A program made the translations under genes and the position numbers. 64,000 nucleotides of DNA, from the NCBI GenBank assembly GCA_963794705.1, contig CAWCFI010000013.1:14523-78522 (forward strand). Reading direction: 5' to 3'. The notes below the pieces were generated by a model, which was given only the letters and a program-made list of their open reading frames with translations, made no database searches and was not told where the DNA came from. Each line of letters opens with the position of its first letter. The stretch's first letter is position 1. The DNA comes from an uncultured Acidobacteriota bacterium. GTDB taxonomy: Bacteria > Acidobacteriota > Vicinamibacteria > Vicinamibacterales > CAVVIG01. Below, in pieces: positions 49,148 to 59,492 of this stretch.

Positions 49148-49507
49148 ATGGTCGACGTCACAATCGCGGGCGATCGCGCGGTGTTCAACGTCGAGGGGCT
49201 GCACAAGCTCTGGTCGTTCCGGAGCCAGATCGAGATTCCGCTCGCGCACATCACCGGCGTCGAGGCCGATCCGGAGCAGGTCGGCGTCTGGTGGCACGGC
49301 TTCAAGCTGATCGGCACCGACGTGCCGGGCATGTTCGCGGCCGGCACGTTTTACTACCACGGTGAGCTGGTCTTCTGGGACGTCCACGACCCGAACCGGA
49401 CCGTGGTGGTGTCGCTGGAACACGAGCGTTATAAGAAGCTGATTATCGAAGTGTCGGATGTCGCCGACACCGTCGCGCGCCTGAACGGCGCCTTGCGGCA
49501 CGCGTAG
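49148..49507 (+). CDS. hypothetical protein
   Basis: 119-aa ORF, tight spacing in the operon; no family recognised with confidence. Confidence 0.55.
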   Translation: MVDVTIAGDRAVFNVEGLHKLWSFRSQIEIPLAHITGVEADPEQVGVWWHGFKLIGTDVPGMFAAGTFYYHGELVFWDVHDPNRTVVVSLEHERYKKLIIEVSDVADTVARLNGALRHA

Positions 49508-49523
49508 TACAGGAGGGCTGAAG

Positions 49524-50756
49524 ATGACTGGCGTAACTCGCGGTCTCGTTCTGGGCAGCGTCGGCCTCGTCGCGGTCCTTTCGGCTCAGGCCCTGCCGCT
49601 CGCACAGACGCCGGCAAAGGCCGCGGCGCCGGTCACGTTCACCAGGGACGTGGCGCCGATCCTGTTCAAGAACTGCGCGTCGTGCCACCGCGCCGGCGAG
49701 ATGGCGCCGATGTCGCTGACGACGTTCGCGGACGCGCGGCCGTGGGCGCGCGCGGTCAAGAAGGCCGTGGTCACGCGCGCGATGCCGCCGTGGGGTGCCG
49801 ATCCGAAGTTCGGCGAGTTCGCCAACGATCCACGGCTGTCGGAGCAGGACCTGGCGACCATCGTCGCGTGGGTGGACGGCGGCACGATCGAAGGCAACGC
49901 GCGCGACCTGCCGCCGCTGCCGACGTTCAGCGACGGCTGGCACATCGGCACGCCCGACGCGGTGCTGTCGATGGCCGCCGATGCCGACGTCCCGGCAAGC
50001 GGCCCGCGCCTGCTGGTCGATTTCAAGATCCCGACCCATTTCGGCGAGGACAAGTACATCGAACTGGCGGAGGTCACTCCGGGCAACCGTCCGGTTACCC
50101 ATCACGCGATCATCTCGGTGCAGGACGAGGGCGGCAGCCACCGCATCGCGAGCTACCTGCCTGGCGGCGCCGTCAACAACTTCCCGCCCGGCGTGGCCAA
50201 GCTGATTCCGAAGGACACCACGCTCAATCTGAACATGCACTACAACCCGAAAGGCACGGCCACCACCGATCGCACGACGATGGCGTTCGTGTTCGCGAAG
50301 GGCCCGATCGAGAAGATTGCGGTGACGGCGATGTCGGGCACGCGTGCGCTCGACATTCCGCCTGGCGATGCGAACTATGAAGCGATCGGCACGCCGTTCG
50401 TGTTCGCCGACGACAGCCACATCCTCAGCCTGCTGCCGCGGATGAACGAGCGCGGCAAGGACTACCAGTACACGCTGGTCTATCCGGACGGCCGCTCGAT
50501 GGTGCTGCTCAGCGTGCCGAAGTTCAGCGACAGCTGGCAGCCGAGCTATATCTTGAAGACGCCGATCGCCGCGCCGAAGGGCAGCCGCATCGAGACTATC
50601 GCGCACTACGACAACTCCGCCGCGAACAAGCAGAATCCGGATCCGACCGCGCGCGTGAAATACGGTCCGGAGATCATGAACGGCTACTTCGATTACACCG
50701 TGGACAGCCAGAACCTGACCAAGGAAAAGCGCACGGCCGCCGCGCCTCTACAATGA
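49524..50756 (+). CDS. exported protein with N-terminal c-type haem motif and copper-monooxygenase-like C-terminal region
   Basis: signal peptide; FTRDVAPILFKNCASCHR (CxxCH); VTHHAI and DNSAANKQNPDP segments. Confidence 0.65.
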   Translation: MTGVTRGLVLGSVGLVAVLSAQALPLAQTPAKAAAPVTFTRDVAPILFKNCASCHRAGEMAPMSLTTFADARPWARAVKKAVVTRAMPPWGADPKFGEFANDPRLSEQDLATIVAWVDGGTIEGNARDLPPLPTFSDGWHIGTPDAVLSMAADADVPASGPRLLVDFKIPTHFGEDKYIELAEVTPGNRPVTHHAIISVQDEGGSHRIASYLPGGAVNNFPPGVAKLIPKDTTLNLNMHYNPKGTATTDRTTMAFVFAKGPIEKIAVTAMSGTRALDIPPGDANYEAIGTPFVFADDSHILSLLPRMNERGKDYQYTLVYPDGRSMVLLSVPKFSDSWQPSYILKTPIAAPKGSRIETIAHYDNSAANKQNPDPTARVKYGPEIMNGYFDYTVDSQNLTKEKRTAAAPLQ

Positions 50757-52447
50757 GCCCCATGCGAAAACGCCTCTCGCTGCTGCTGTGCCTGGCTCTT
50801 GCCGGCCTGTCCGCCCCGCTCCACGCCGTCCGCCAGCCGTTGCGCGCGAAGCACGGCATGGTGGTGGCGATGGAGGCGACCGCCGCCGACGTCGGCGTTG
50901 CCGTGCTCGAAAAGGGCGGCAACGCGGTGGACGCCGCGGTCGCGGTCGGCTTCGCGATGGCGGTCACGCACCCGTTCGCCGGCAACCTCGGCGGCGGCGG
51001 CTACATGCTGATCCGCATGGCCGACGGCCGCGCCACCTTCATCGACTTCCGCGAGCGCGCGCCGGAAAAAGCGTCGCGCAACATGTATCTCGACGACAAA
51101 GGGGCGATGACCAAGGACAGCACCGAAGGCTGGCGCTCGTCGGGCGTGCCGGGCACCGTGCGCGGCTTCGAGATCGCGGTCAACAAATACGGAAAGCGGA
51201 AGTGGGCCGAGAACCTGGCGCCGGCCGTGGAGCTGGCGTCGAAGGGCTTCCCCGTGTCGTACTCGCTCGCCGAGGGCCTGAAGGGATCGCGCAGCCTGGC
51301 GAACTCGCCGGAGTCGAAGCGCATCTTCCAGCGCAACGGCTCGTTCTACGAGATCGGCGAGAAGCTGGTGCAGCCGGAACTGGCGCAGACGCTCGAGCGG
51401 ATTGCGAAGAACGGCGCGAACGAGTTCTACGAAGGCGAGACGGCGAAGCGCTTCGCCGCCGAGATGGCGAAGAACGGCGGCATCATCACGCTCGCCGATC
51501 TCAAGAACTACAAGGCGATCGAGCGGACGCCGCTGACCGGCAAGTACAAGAACTACACCATCATCACCTCGCCGCCCTCGAGCTCCGGCGGCATCGCGCT
51601 GCTCGAGATGCTCGGCATCCTCGAAGGCACCGGCTACGAAAAGGCCGGCGCCGGCTCGGCCTCGGCCATCCACTACCAGGCCGAGGCGATGCGCCGCGCC
51701 TACGCCGACCGCAACGAGTACGTCGGCGATCCCGACTTCGTCAAGGTGCCGATCGCCGGGCTGCTCGATCCCGCGTATCTCTCGAAGCTGCGCGCGACGA
51801 TCGATCCGGAGCGCGCCACGCCGAGCGACGCGGTCAAGCCCGGCAAGCCGGTCGGCAGCGAGAGCATGGAGACCACGCACTACTCGGTCGTCGACGGCGA
51901 GGGCAACGCGGTGGCGGTGACCTACACGCTGAACGGCGGCTACGGCAACGGCATCACCGTGCCGGGGCTCGGCTTCCTGCTCAACAACGAGATGGACGAC
52001 TTCGCGTCGAAGCCGGGAACCGCGAACATGTTCGGCCTGGTCCAGGGCGAGGCGAACGCGATCGCGCCCGGCAAGCGGCCGCTGTCGTCGATGACGCCGA
52101 CCATCGTGCTCAAGGACGGCAAGCTGTTCATGACCGCCGGCGCGCCGGGCGGCTCGCGCATCACCACCGCCGTCGCGCAGGTGATCCTCAACGTGATCGA
52201 TTTCGGGATGAACGTGCAGGACGCGGTCGACGCGCCGCGCGTGCACCATCAGTGGCAGCCGGACAAACTGTCGCTCGAGCACGGGATCTCGCCGGACACG
52301 GTGGCGCTGCTCAAGAGCCGCGGCTACGACGTCGACTACGCGCCTGGCGTGGTGCTGGCGCAGGTGGCCGCGATCGTCAGCGACGGCGGCTGGCTGCAGG
52401 GAGGATCGGACGGCCGCTCTGCCGCGGGTAAGGCCGCGGGATACTAA
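50753..52447 (+). CDS. ggt: gamma-glutamyltransferase
   Basis: 564-aa intact ORF; signal peptide; autoprocessing site ETTHYSVVD; GGSRITT; ATGA overlap with the upstream gene. Confidence 0.9.
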   Translation: MSPMRKRLSLLLCLALAGLSAPLHAVRQPLRAKHGMVVAMEATAADVGVAVLEKGGNAVDAAVAVGFAMAVTHPFAGNLGGGGYMLIRMADGRATFIDFRERAPEKASRNMYLDDKGAMTKDSTEGWRSSGVPGTVRGFEIAVNKYGKRKWAENLAPAVELASKGFPVSYSLAEGLKGSRSLANSPESKRIFQRNGSFYEIGEKLVQPELAQTLERIAKNGANEFYEGETAKRFAAEMAKNGGIITLADLKNYKAIERTPLTGKYKNYTIITSPPSSSGGIALLEMLGILEGTGYEKAGAGSASAIHYQAEAMRRAYADRNEYVGDPDFVKVPIAGLLDPAYLSKLRATIDPERATPSDAVKPGKPVGSESMETTHYSVVDGEGNAVAVTYTLNGGYGNGITVPGLGFLLNNEMDDFASKPGTANMFGLVQGEANAIAPGKRPLSSMTPTIVLKDGKLFMTAGAPGGSRITTAVAQVILNVIDFGMNVQDAVDAPRVHHQWQPDKLSLEHGISPDTVALLKSRGYDVDYAPGVVLAQVAAIVSDGGWLQGGSDGRSAAGKAAGY

Positions 52448-52471
52448 GGTCCGACTAAAGCCGGACACTAC
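52448..52471 (-). repeat. REP-like element (gtagtgtccggctttagtcggacc)
   Basis: third copy of the 1445/7608 subtype, between convergent genes. Confidence 0.7.
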
Positions 52472-52481
52472 GCTTGCTCCC

Positions 52482-53102
52482 CTAAGGTTTGCTTCCAGCT
52501 TCCATGGTTGATGTGAAGCCGTTCGTGCCTGAATGGCTCCACTTCGCCTTGTCGCTCGCGTGGGTGTGCGCGATCGACTTGTACTGCGTGTAGTCCTGAT
52601 AGGCCGGGTTCGGCAGGTTCTTGATCTGCACCGGCTTGCCGCCGAAGCCGCTCATCACTTCCATGTCGACCGACGACTCGGGGCCCGAGAAGCGGACGCG
52701 CTTCTCGGTGATGTCCATCGTGATCGGCGCCTTGGTGAACGACAGCATCCCCTTGTGGAAACCGGCGAAGGCGATCGGCAGCAGCGCCTCGACCGCCTTC
52801 CCCTGCTGTTCGGTGACCTTGTCGCTCAGGTAGATCTTCGACCAGTTCCGCATGTTGAACGTGACGAGGAACGAGACGTTGGCGAGGTCGACGCCTTCGT
52901 AGTGGCCGGACCTGATCGCGATCAGGCGGTTGCCCTCGCACGGGTTCCGGTTCGGCTCGCCGCCGAAGTTGCAGGGGCAGGAGATGGTGCAGCTGCAGCT
53001 CTCGGCGACGGTGGCGATCAGGTGCCAGTCGGGCGCCGCGGCGCGCGGCGGGACGGTCAGCGTCAACAGGGCGACGGCGATGCCGGCCAGGAGTTTGCGC
53101 AT
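52482..53102 (-). CDS. DUF1326 domain protein, exported
   Basis: signal peptide; ESCSCTISCPCNFGGEPN cysteine motif. Confidence 0.8.
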   Translation of the reverse strand: MRKLLAGIAVALLTLTVPPRAAAPDWHLIATVAESCSCTISCPCNFGGEPNRNPCEGNRLIAIRSGHYEGVDLANVSFLVTFNMRNWSKIYLSDKVTEQQGKAVEALLPIAFAGFHKGMLSFTKAPITMDITEKRVRFSGPESSVDMEVMSGFGGKPVQIKNLPNPAYQDYTQYKSIAHTHASDKAKWSHSGTNGFTSTMEAGSKP

Positions 53103-53141
53103 GATTCGGAGAGTGTGCGGTAATCTGGTCGTTCACACAAC

Positions 53142-54918
53142 ATGAAACTGCTGTACGCGTACCTGCGCAACTACACCGGCCTGGTCGCGCTGGCGCTGGT
53201 GCTGGCGACCATCAACCAGGTGTTCTCGCTGCTCGATCCGCTGATCTTCCGGCACGTCATCGACCAGTACGCGACCCGGTTCCAGGAATACTCGACCGCG
53301 CGAGTTCTTCAAGGGCGTCAGCCTGCTGCTCGGCGCGGCGGTCGGCGTCGCGTTCGTCTCGCGCGTCGCCAAGAACTTCCAGGACTACTACATCAACGTC
53401 ATCACGCAGCGGCTCGGCGCGCAGCTCTACTCGGACGGCATCCGCCACTCGCTCGAGCTGCCCTATTCGGTGTTCGAGGATCAGCGCAGCGGCGAGACGC
53501 TCGGCAAGCTGCAGAAGGTGCGGACCGACGTCGAGAAGCTGATCGCGACCTCGATCAACGTGCTGTTCACCTCGCTCGTCGGCATCATCTTCGTGATGAT
53601 CTACGCGTTCAGCGTGCACTGGCTGATCGCGCCGGTCTACTTCCTGACCGTGCCGATTCTCGGCGTGCTCAGCTCGGTGCTGAGCCGCCGGATCAAGCAG
53701 ATCCAGAAGGTGATCGTCGCCGAGACGACGGCGCTGGCCGGATCGACGACCGAGTCGCTGCGCAACATCGAGCTGGTGAAGAGCCTCGGGCTCGGCGCAG
53801 CAGGAGATCGACCGGCTCAACGGCACCACCGGCAAGATCCTGAAGCTGGAGCTGAAGAAGGTGCGCTACCTGCGCAGCCTCAGCTTCATCCAGGGCACCG
53901 CGGTCAACCTGCTGCGCACCAGCATCATGTTCCTGATGCTCTATCTGATCTACACGCGCGCGATCACGGTCGGCCAGTTCTTCTCGCTGTTCATCTACTC
54001 GTTCTTCATCTTCGGGCCGCTGCAGGAGCTCGGCAACATCATCAACATCTATCGCGAGACCGAAGCGTCGCTGAACGTCTACGAGGAGATCCTGCAGATC
54101 CCGAAGGAGCCGAGGCCGGCGCAACCCGGTGCCGCTCGACGATCTGCGGACGCTCGCGTTCGAGCACGTCACGTTTCAGCACCAGTCCGCGTCGTCGCCG
54201 GCGGTCAGCGACATCTCGTTCCGGCGTCCAGCGCGGCGAGACGATCGCGTTCGTCGGACCGTCCGGCGCCGGCAAGACGACGCTCGTGAAGCTGCTGGTC
54301 GGGCTCTATCAGCCGCTGGCCGGGCCGCATCCTCTACAACGGCATCGCCGGGCGACGAGATCGACCTCGACGGCCTGCGCGCGCGGATCGGCTTCGTCAC
54401 CCAGGACACGCAGCTCTTCTCCGGCACGATTCGCGAGAACCTGCTGTTCGTGAACCCGACCGCGACCGACGCCGAGTGCCTCGACGTGCTGCGCAAGGCG
54501 GCGTGCGACAACCTGCTGGCGCGCGCCGACCGCGGCCTCGACACGGTCATCGGCGAAGGCGGCGTGAAGGTGTCGGGCGGCGAGAAGCAGCGGCTGTCGA
54601 TCGCGCGCGCGCTGCTGCGGCGGCCGCACCTGCTGGTCTTCGACGAGGCGACCTCGTCGCTCGACTCGCTGACCGAAGAAGGCATCGTCGACACCATCCG
54701 CGACGTGGCCACCGGCGGCGACGCGATCACCGTGCTGATCGCGCACCGGCTCTCGACCATCCTGCACGCCGACCGCATCTACGTGCTCGAGCGCGGCCGC
54801 ATCGTCGAAACCGGGCGGCCACGACGAGCTGGTCGAGCAGAAGGGGCTGTACTACGCGATGTGGCGGCAGCAGATCGGCGAGCGGCGGGGCGCGGAGCTG
54901 GTCGGAGTGAGACGGTAG
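53142..54918 (+). pseudogene. ABC transporter permease/ATP-binding protein (MsbA-like exporter), 7 frameshifts
   Basis: TMD then Walker A GPSGAGKTTL, VSGGEKQRLSIARAL, LLVFDEATSSLD; frame path 0>1>2>0>1>2>0>1 with extra bases near 53296, 53795, 54117, 54222, 54322, 54352, 54822. Confidence 0.85.
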
Positions 54919-54933
54919 GCCGGGTGGGTTAGG

Positions 54934-55395
54934 ATGCTCGCGATGCCTGTCGACATGGCGTGGCGGCTGCTGCTGGCGGCGGGACTCGGCGCCGCGATCG
55001 GCCTGGAACGGGAATACCGCCAGAAGCCGGCGGGTCTGCGCACCAACATCCTGATCGCGGTCGGCTCCGCGCTGTTCACCATCCTGTCGATCGAGATGAC
55101 CGGCAAGGTCGGCGATCCCAGCCGCGTCGCCGGACAGATCGTCACCGGCATCGGCTTCCTCGGCGGCGGCGCGATCATGCGCAACCGCGACACCGTGCAC
55201 GGCATGACCACCGCGGCGACGATCTGGGTCAACGCCGCGATCGGCGTCGCCGCGGGCATGGGTCAGTACCCGCTCGCCACCTTCGCGGTGGCGTTGACGC
55301 TGCTCGTGCTGGTGGTGCTGCCGCCGATCGAGATCTACTTCGAGCGCCGCGCCGGCTGGCCCGACCGGCACGGTCCGCCGCCGGCGGATCGATGA
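54934..55395 (+). CDS. MgtC/SapB family membrane protein
   Basis: GLEREYRQKPAGLRTN and GIGFLGGGAI motifs. Confidence 0.85.
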   Translation: MLAMPVDMAWRLLLAAGLGAAIGLEREYRQKPAGLRTNILIAVGSALFTILSIEMTGKVGDPSRVAGQIVTGIGFLGGGAIMRNRDTVHGMTTAATIWVNAAIGVAAGMGQYPLATFAVALTLLVLVVLPPIEIYFERRAGWPDRHGPPPADR

Positions 55396-55420
55396 CCACG
55401 CTCGTGTAGACCACGCCCGT

Positions 55421-55615
55421 GTAGTGCAGGCCTTCAGGCCTGCCTCGAGTTGAGGCCTGCCTCGAACGGCGGACCTGAAGGTCCGCACTACTTCCGGGAC
55501 ACTGAATGGCGGACCTGAAGGTCCGCACTACTTCAGGACACGGAGGCGGACCGAGGTCCGCGCTACTTCCGGGACACTGAACGGCGGACCTGAAGGTCCG
55601 CGCTACTTCGGGACA
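55421..55615. repeat. REP cluster: one forward copy, then four inverted copies at about 38-40 bp period
   Basis: gtagtgcaggccttcaggcctgc, then gcggacctgaaggtccgcactac x2, gcggaccgaggtccgcgctac, gcggacctgaaggtccgcgctac, each followed by ttccgggacactgaa. Confidence 0.9.
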
Positions 55616-57145
55616 CTAACGCCTACGCACCTCGGTGAAATCGAGGTAGGTCTGGCCGGCGGCCCTGGAAAGGTGCGCGGTCAGGGTGTAGCTCCCGTCC
55701 GGCGTCTTGACCGTTTCCGTCGTGTGCTCGACCGTCACCGACGCGATCGCCGGTCCGTTCCGCAGCGCCTCTTCGATCACCCGGCCCGTCATCGTGGCGG
55801 GTACCTTCAGCCCGAGCAGCCGCAACAGCGTCGGCGCCAGATCGGCATTGCCCGTCGGCGCGTCGCTGACCGCGTGCTCGCGGATGTCCGGTCCCACCGC
55901 GATCAGCGTGTTGTGGACGTCGTACGGGCTCGAGGTGCCGTGGCCGGCGACGCCGCTGTCAGTGGTCTTCCCGGCGTAGCCCGCCTCGTTCTTCTCCGCG
56001 TTCCAGTTCGCCGACACCAGGATCTCCGCCGAACGCGGATGGTTCCAGCGCGCCACCCCGAACGACAGCGTGCCCGGCGCGATCCCTTCCACCCCGCCGC
56101 CCGGCGCCGGCCGCGTGAAGATGGCGCCGACCTCGGGATGGTGCTGCAGCATCGCGACGACCGCGCGCACCCGTGCCGCGTCGGCGCCGGCGCGGAAGTT
56201 GATCGCACCTTCGGTGACGACGATGTCTGGCGATCCGTCGGGCAGCGCCTGCGCGAACGGTGCGATCAGCGGCGCCAGCTTCAGGTGGTTGTTGTGCGTC
56301 GAGAAGCCATGGTCGGAGGTGACGAAGATATTGGTGCGATCGGCCAGCCCTTTGGCGCGCAGGGCGTCTTCGATCCGCCCGATCTCGGCATCGACCAGCC
56401 GCAACGACTCGTTGGTGGTCTCCGAGCCGATGCCCTTGTTGTGCGCGGTCGTGTCCGGATCGCTGATCCACATCAGCGTGACGTCCGGGTGCATCTCGTT
56501 CAGCCCGAGGGTCAGGTAGGCATCGACGGCGCGTGTGTTGAGCGCCGCATTCGGCATCGCCTTCTCCGGCACCGCGCCGAGCGTCTCGAGCACGTGCGCG
56601 CTCAACGCGGCCGGCCGGGTGAACTCCTGGTGGACGATGGCGCCGGTGCCGACGGTGTGATTGAGCAGGAACACGGCGCCGCTCGAGCCCGATCCGACCG
56701 CGAGGATCGTCTTTCCCGACTCGGGCAGGATTTCGCCCAGCGACGGCACGGTCAGCAGCGGCCCGCTGGCGCGGGCGATCGCTTCCAGGTTCTCGCGCGA
56801 TCCGGTGTCGAGCCCTTTGGTGGCGTTGACGGCGGGAATGTAGACCGTGTTGCCGAGCAGGCCATGCGACTCAGGGTAGGTGCCGGTCGTGATCGACGAG
56901 GCGTTCACGCGGGTCACCGTCGGAAACACGGAATGGTGGGCGTTGAACACCATCCCGCGCTGCCCGAGACGAACGAGCCGAGGCATCAGCGCCGGGGTCA
57001 CATAGTCTGGCCGCAGACCGTCGACGACGATCACGAGCTGCGCGTGCGGCGGCGTCTGCGCTGCCGACGGAGCGAAAGCAACGACGACCAACCCGAACAA
57101 AAAGACGACGTACAACGCAGAAGCCGCAGAAACCGCAGAGCGCAT
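55616..57145 (-). CDS. exported nucleotide pyrophosphatase/phosphodiesterase (alkaline phosphatase superfamily)
   Basis: VIVVDGLRPDY, FPTVTRVNASSITTG, SDHGF motifs; start set at MRSAVSAASALYVV (good Sec signal); track ORF extends to 57202. Confidence 0.8.
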   Translation of the reverse strand: MRSAVSAASALYVVFLFGLVVVAFAPSAAQTPPHAQLVIVVDGLRPDYVTPALMPRLVRLGQRGMVFNAHHSVFPTVTRVNASSITTGTYPESHGLLGNTVYIPAVNATKGLDTGSRENLEAIARASGPLLTVPSLGEILPESGKTILAVGSGSSGAVFLLNHTVGTGAIVHQEFTRPAALSAHVLETLGAVPEKAMPNAALNTRAVDAYLTLGLNEMHPDVTLMWISDPDTTAHNKGIGSETTNESLRLVDAEIGRIEDALRAKGLADRTNIFVTSDHGFSTHNNHLKLAPLIAPFAQALPDGSPDIVVTEGAINFRAGADAARVRAVVAMLQHHPEVGAIFTRPAPGGGVEGIAPGTLSFGVARWNHPRSAEILVSANWNAEKNEAGYAGKTTDSGVAGHGTSSPYDVHNTLIAVGPDIREHAVSDAPTGNADLAPTLLRLLGLKVPATMTGRVIEEALRNGPAIASVTVEHTTETVKTPDGSYTLTAHLSRAAGQTYLDFTEVRRR

Positions 57146-57227
57146 CTTTTCTGCGTGTTCCGCGAGTTCGGCGTTGATCGTCGTGATCGTCGATTTCCAC
57201 ATGATGCGCCGAGTATAAGCTGGCGGT

Positions 57228-57771
57228 GTGACGGTGCCGTCTCTCGAAACGCCGGCGCCTGCTGCTCCGGCCGCTGGCGCTCGCCGACGCCGACCAGACC
57301 CAGATCCTGTTTCCCCACTGGGAGGTCGTGAAGCACCTGCACGCCCGGATCCCGTGGCCGTACCCGCCCGACGGCGCGCGGCAATTCTACGAGCAGGTCG
57401 AGCTGCCGGCGATGGCGCGCGGCGAGCACTGGAGCTGGTCGATCCGCTTGAAAAGCGATCCGGATCAGCTGATCGGGAGCATCAGCCTGATGACCGGCGA
57501 CGAGAACCGCGGCTTCTGGCTCGGCCTGCCATGGCACGGACGCGGCCTGATGACCGAGGCCAGCGATGCCGTCACCGATTTCTGGTTCAACACGCTGCGG
57601 TATCCGGTGCTGCGCGTGCCAAAGGCGATCGCCAACACCGCGTCGCGCCGGATCTCCGAGAAGCAGGGCATGCGCGTCGTCGCCACGGTCGAGCGCGACT
57701 ACGTGTCGGGTCGCTTGCCAGCCGAGATCTGGGAGATCACCGCGGAAGAATGGGCGAGGCGACGCAGATAG
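57228..57771 (+). pseudogene. GNAT family N-acetyltransferase, one frameshift
   Basis: LETRRLLLRPLALADADQ reading is restored by deleting one c at about 57252 (acgCcggcgc); remainder is ORF 57328-57771. Confidence 0.75.
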
Positions 57772-57785
57772 AACCGTCGCATGAA

Positions 57786-57848
57786 CAGGAGATCAAGAGA
57801 GCAGAAGACTTTCTTGGAAAGTAAGTCTCCTGGTCTTCTGGTCTCTTG
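57786..57848. terminator. hairpin of 8-nt sub-repeats (CAGGAGAT... / GTCTCCTG...) between convergent genes
   Basis: caggagatcaagagagcagaagac ... gtctcctggtcttctggtctcttg; same family as 62684-62744. Confidence 0.5.
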
Positions 57849-57862
57849 TGAATCTGAGCGCG

Positions 57863-59471
57863 TCAGGCGACCGGCGATTCAGCGAGCAGGGCGAACGTGG
57901 GGTTCTGCTTCTCGAAGTACTGCACTTCCCATTCGTTGGCAAACAGCAGGACCTTGCGCTGCTGGCGGTCCGCCGCGGCCGTGGTCGCGCCGCCGAGCAG
58001 CGGCAGCGGCTTCGCCGGATCGGCCACCCAGCGCGCGGCCGTGAACGTCGACGGATCGACGACGATCTCGACGCCGTACTCGGTCGCGCAGCCGGCTCTT
58101 GATCACGTCGAACTGCAGCGCGCCGACCACGCCGACGATCGGCTCGCGGCGGCCGCTCTCGACGTAGAACACCTGCATCAGCCCCTCTTCCTCGAGCTGC
58201 CGCAAGCCATCGTCGAACTGCTTGTGGCGCTGGTCCTGGAGCCGCAGGCGCCCGAAGTGCTCCGGCGGGAAGCGCGGGATGTCGAGGAACTTGCAGCGGC
58301 GCGCCGGTGTGCACGGTGTCGCCGATCGCGAACTGGCCGGGGTTGACCAGGCCGATGATGTCGCCGGCGTAGGCCTCGGTGATGGTCTCGCGGTCGCGGC
58401 CGAAGAAGCGATAGGCGCGCGTGGCGCGAATCAGCTTGCCGGCGCGGCTGTTCGATACCGCCATGTCCTTGGTGAACTTGCCCGAGCAGACGCGCACGAA
58501 GGCGACGCGGTCGCGGTGCCGCGGATCCATGTTCGCCTGGATCTTGAAGACGAAGCCGGTGAAGCGCTCGTCGGTCGGATCGACGATGCCGGTGTCGCTC
58601 GACCGCGGGTGCGGGTGCGGCGCCAGCTCGACCAGCGTGCGCAGGAACGGCTCGAGGCCGAAGTTGGTCATCGCGCTGCCGAAGAACACCGGCGTCTGCG
58701 TCCCGGCGCGATAGGCGTCGATGTCGAACGGTCGTGCCGGCGACGCGGATGACGTCGAGCGACTCGCGGAAATGGACGTAGGTGTTCTCGCCGATCAGCT
58801 CGCGAGCCTGCGGATCGTCGAGGTCCGAGACGTCGACCGGGGCGCGGTACTGCCCCTGCATCTCGCGCTCGTAGAGCAGCAGGTGCTTGCGCTGCAGAGT
58901 CGTAGACGCCGCGGAAATGCTCGGCGTTGCCGACCGGCCAGTTCACCGGCGCGGCGGAGATGCCGAGCGTGCTCTCGATGTCGTCGAGCAGCTCGAGCGG
59001 ATCGCGGGCGGGGCGATCGAACTTGTTGACGAAGGTGAGAATCGGCAGCCGGTGGCGCCGGCAGACCTCGAACAGCTTGCGCGTCTGGCCCTCGACGCCG
59101 TTCGCCGCGTCGATCACCATCACCACGCTGTCGGCGGCGATCAGCGCGCGGTAGGTGTCCTCGCTGAAGTCCTTGTGGCCGGGCGTGTCGAGCAGCGCCA
59201 TGCGCCGCCCTTCGAGCTCGAACTCGAGCGCGGCGGCGGTGATCGAGATGCCGCGCTCCTGCTCGAGCGCCATCCAGTCGGAGGTGGCGTGCTTGCGCGC
59301 CTTGCGGCCGCGCACCGCGCCGGCCAGCTCGATCGCGCCGGCGTAGAGCAGCAGCTTCTCCGTGAGCGTGGTCTTGCCGGCGTCGGGATGGGAAATGATC
59401 GCGAAGGTGCGCCGCCGCGAGACCTCGCGCTCGAGCTCGGTCTGCAGCGACGCATCAGAGTCGGTGTGCAC
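57863..59471 (-). pseudogene. prfC: peptide chain release factor 3, at least 5 frameshifts
   Basis: [34 protein letters not shown], then FVFKIQANMDPRHRDRVAFVRV, QLEEEGLMQVF, C-terminal FANEWEVQYF in successive frames; extra bases e.g. gacTctgcag, accGttcgac, ctgCaagttc. Confidence 0.9.
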
Positions 59472-59492
59472 CCTCTAAGTGTAGCGCGGTCC

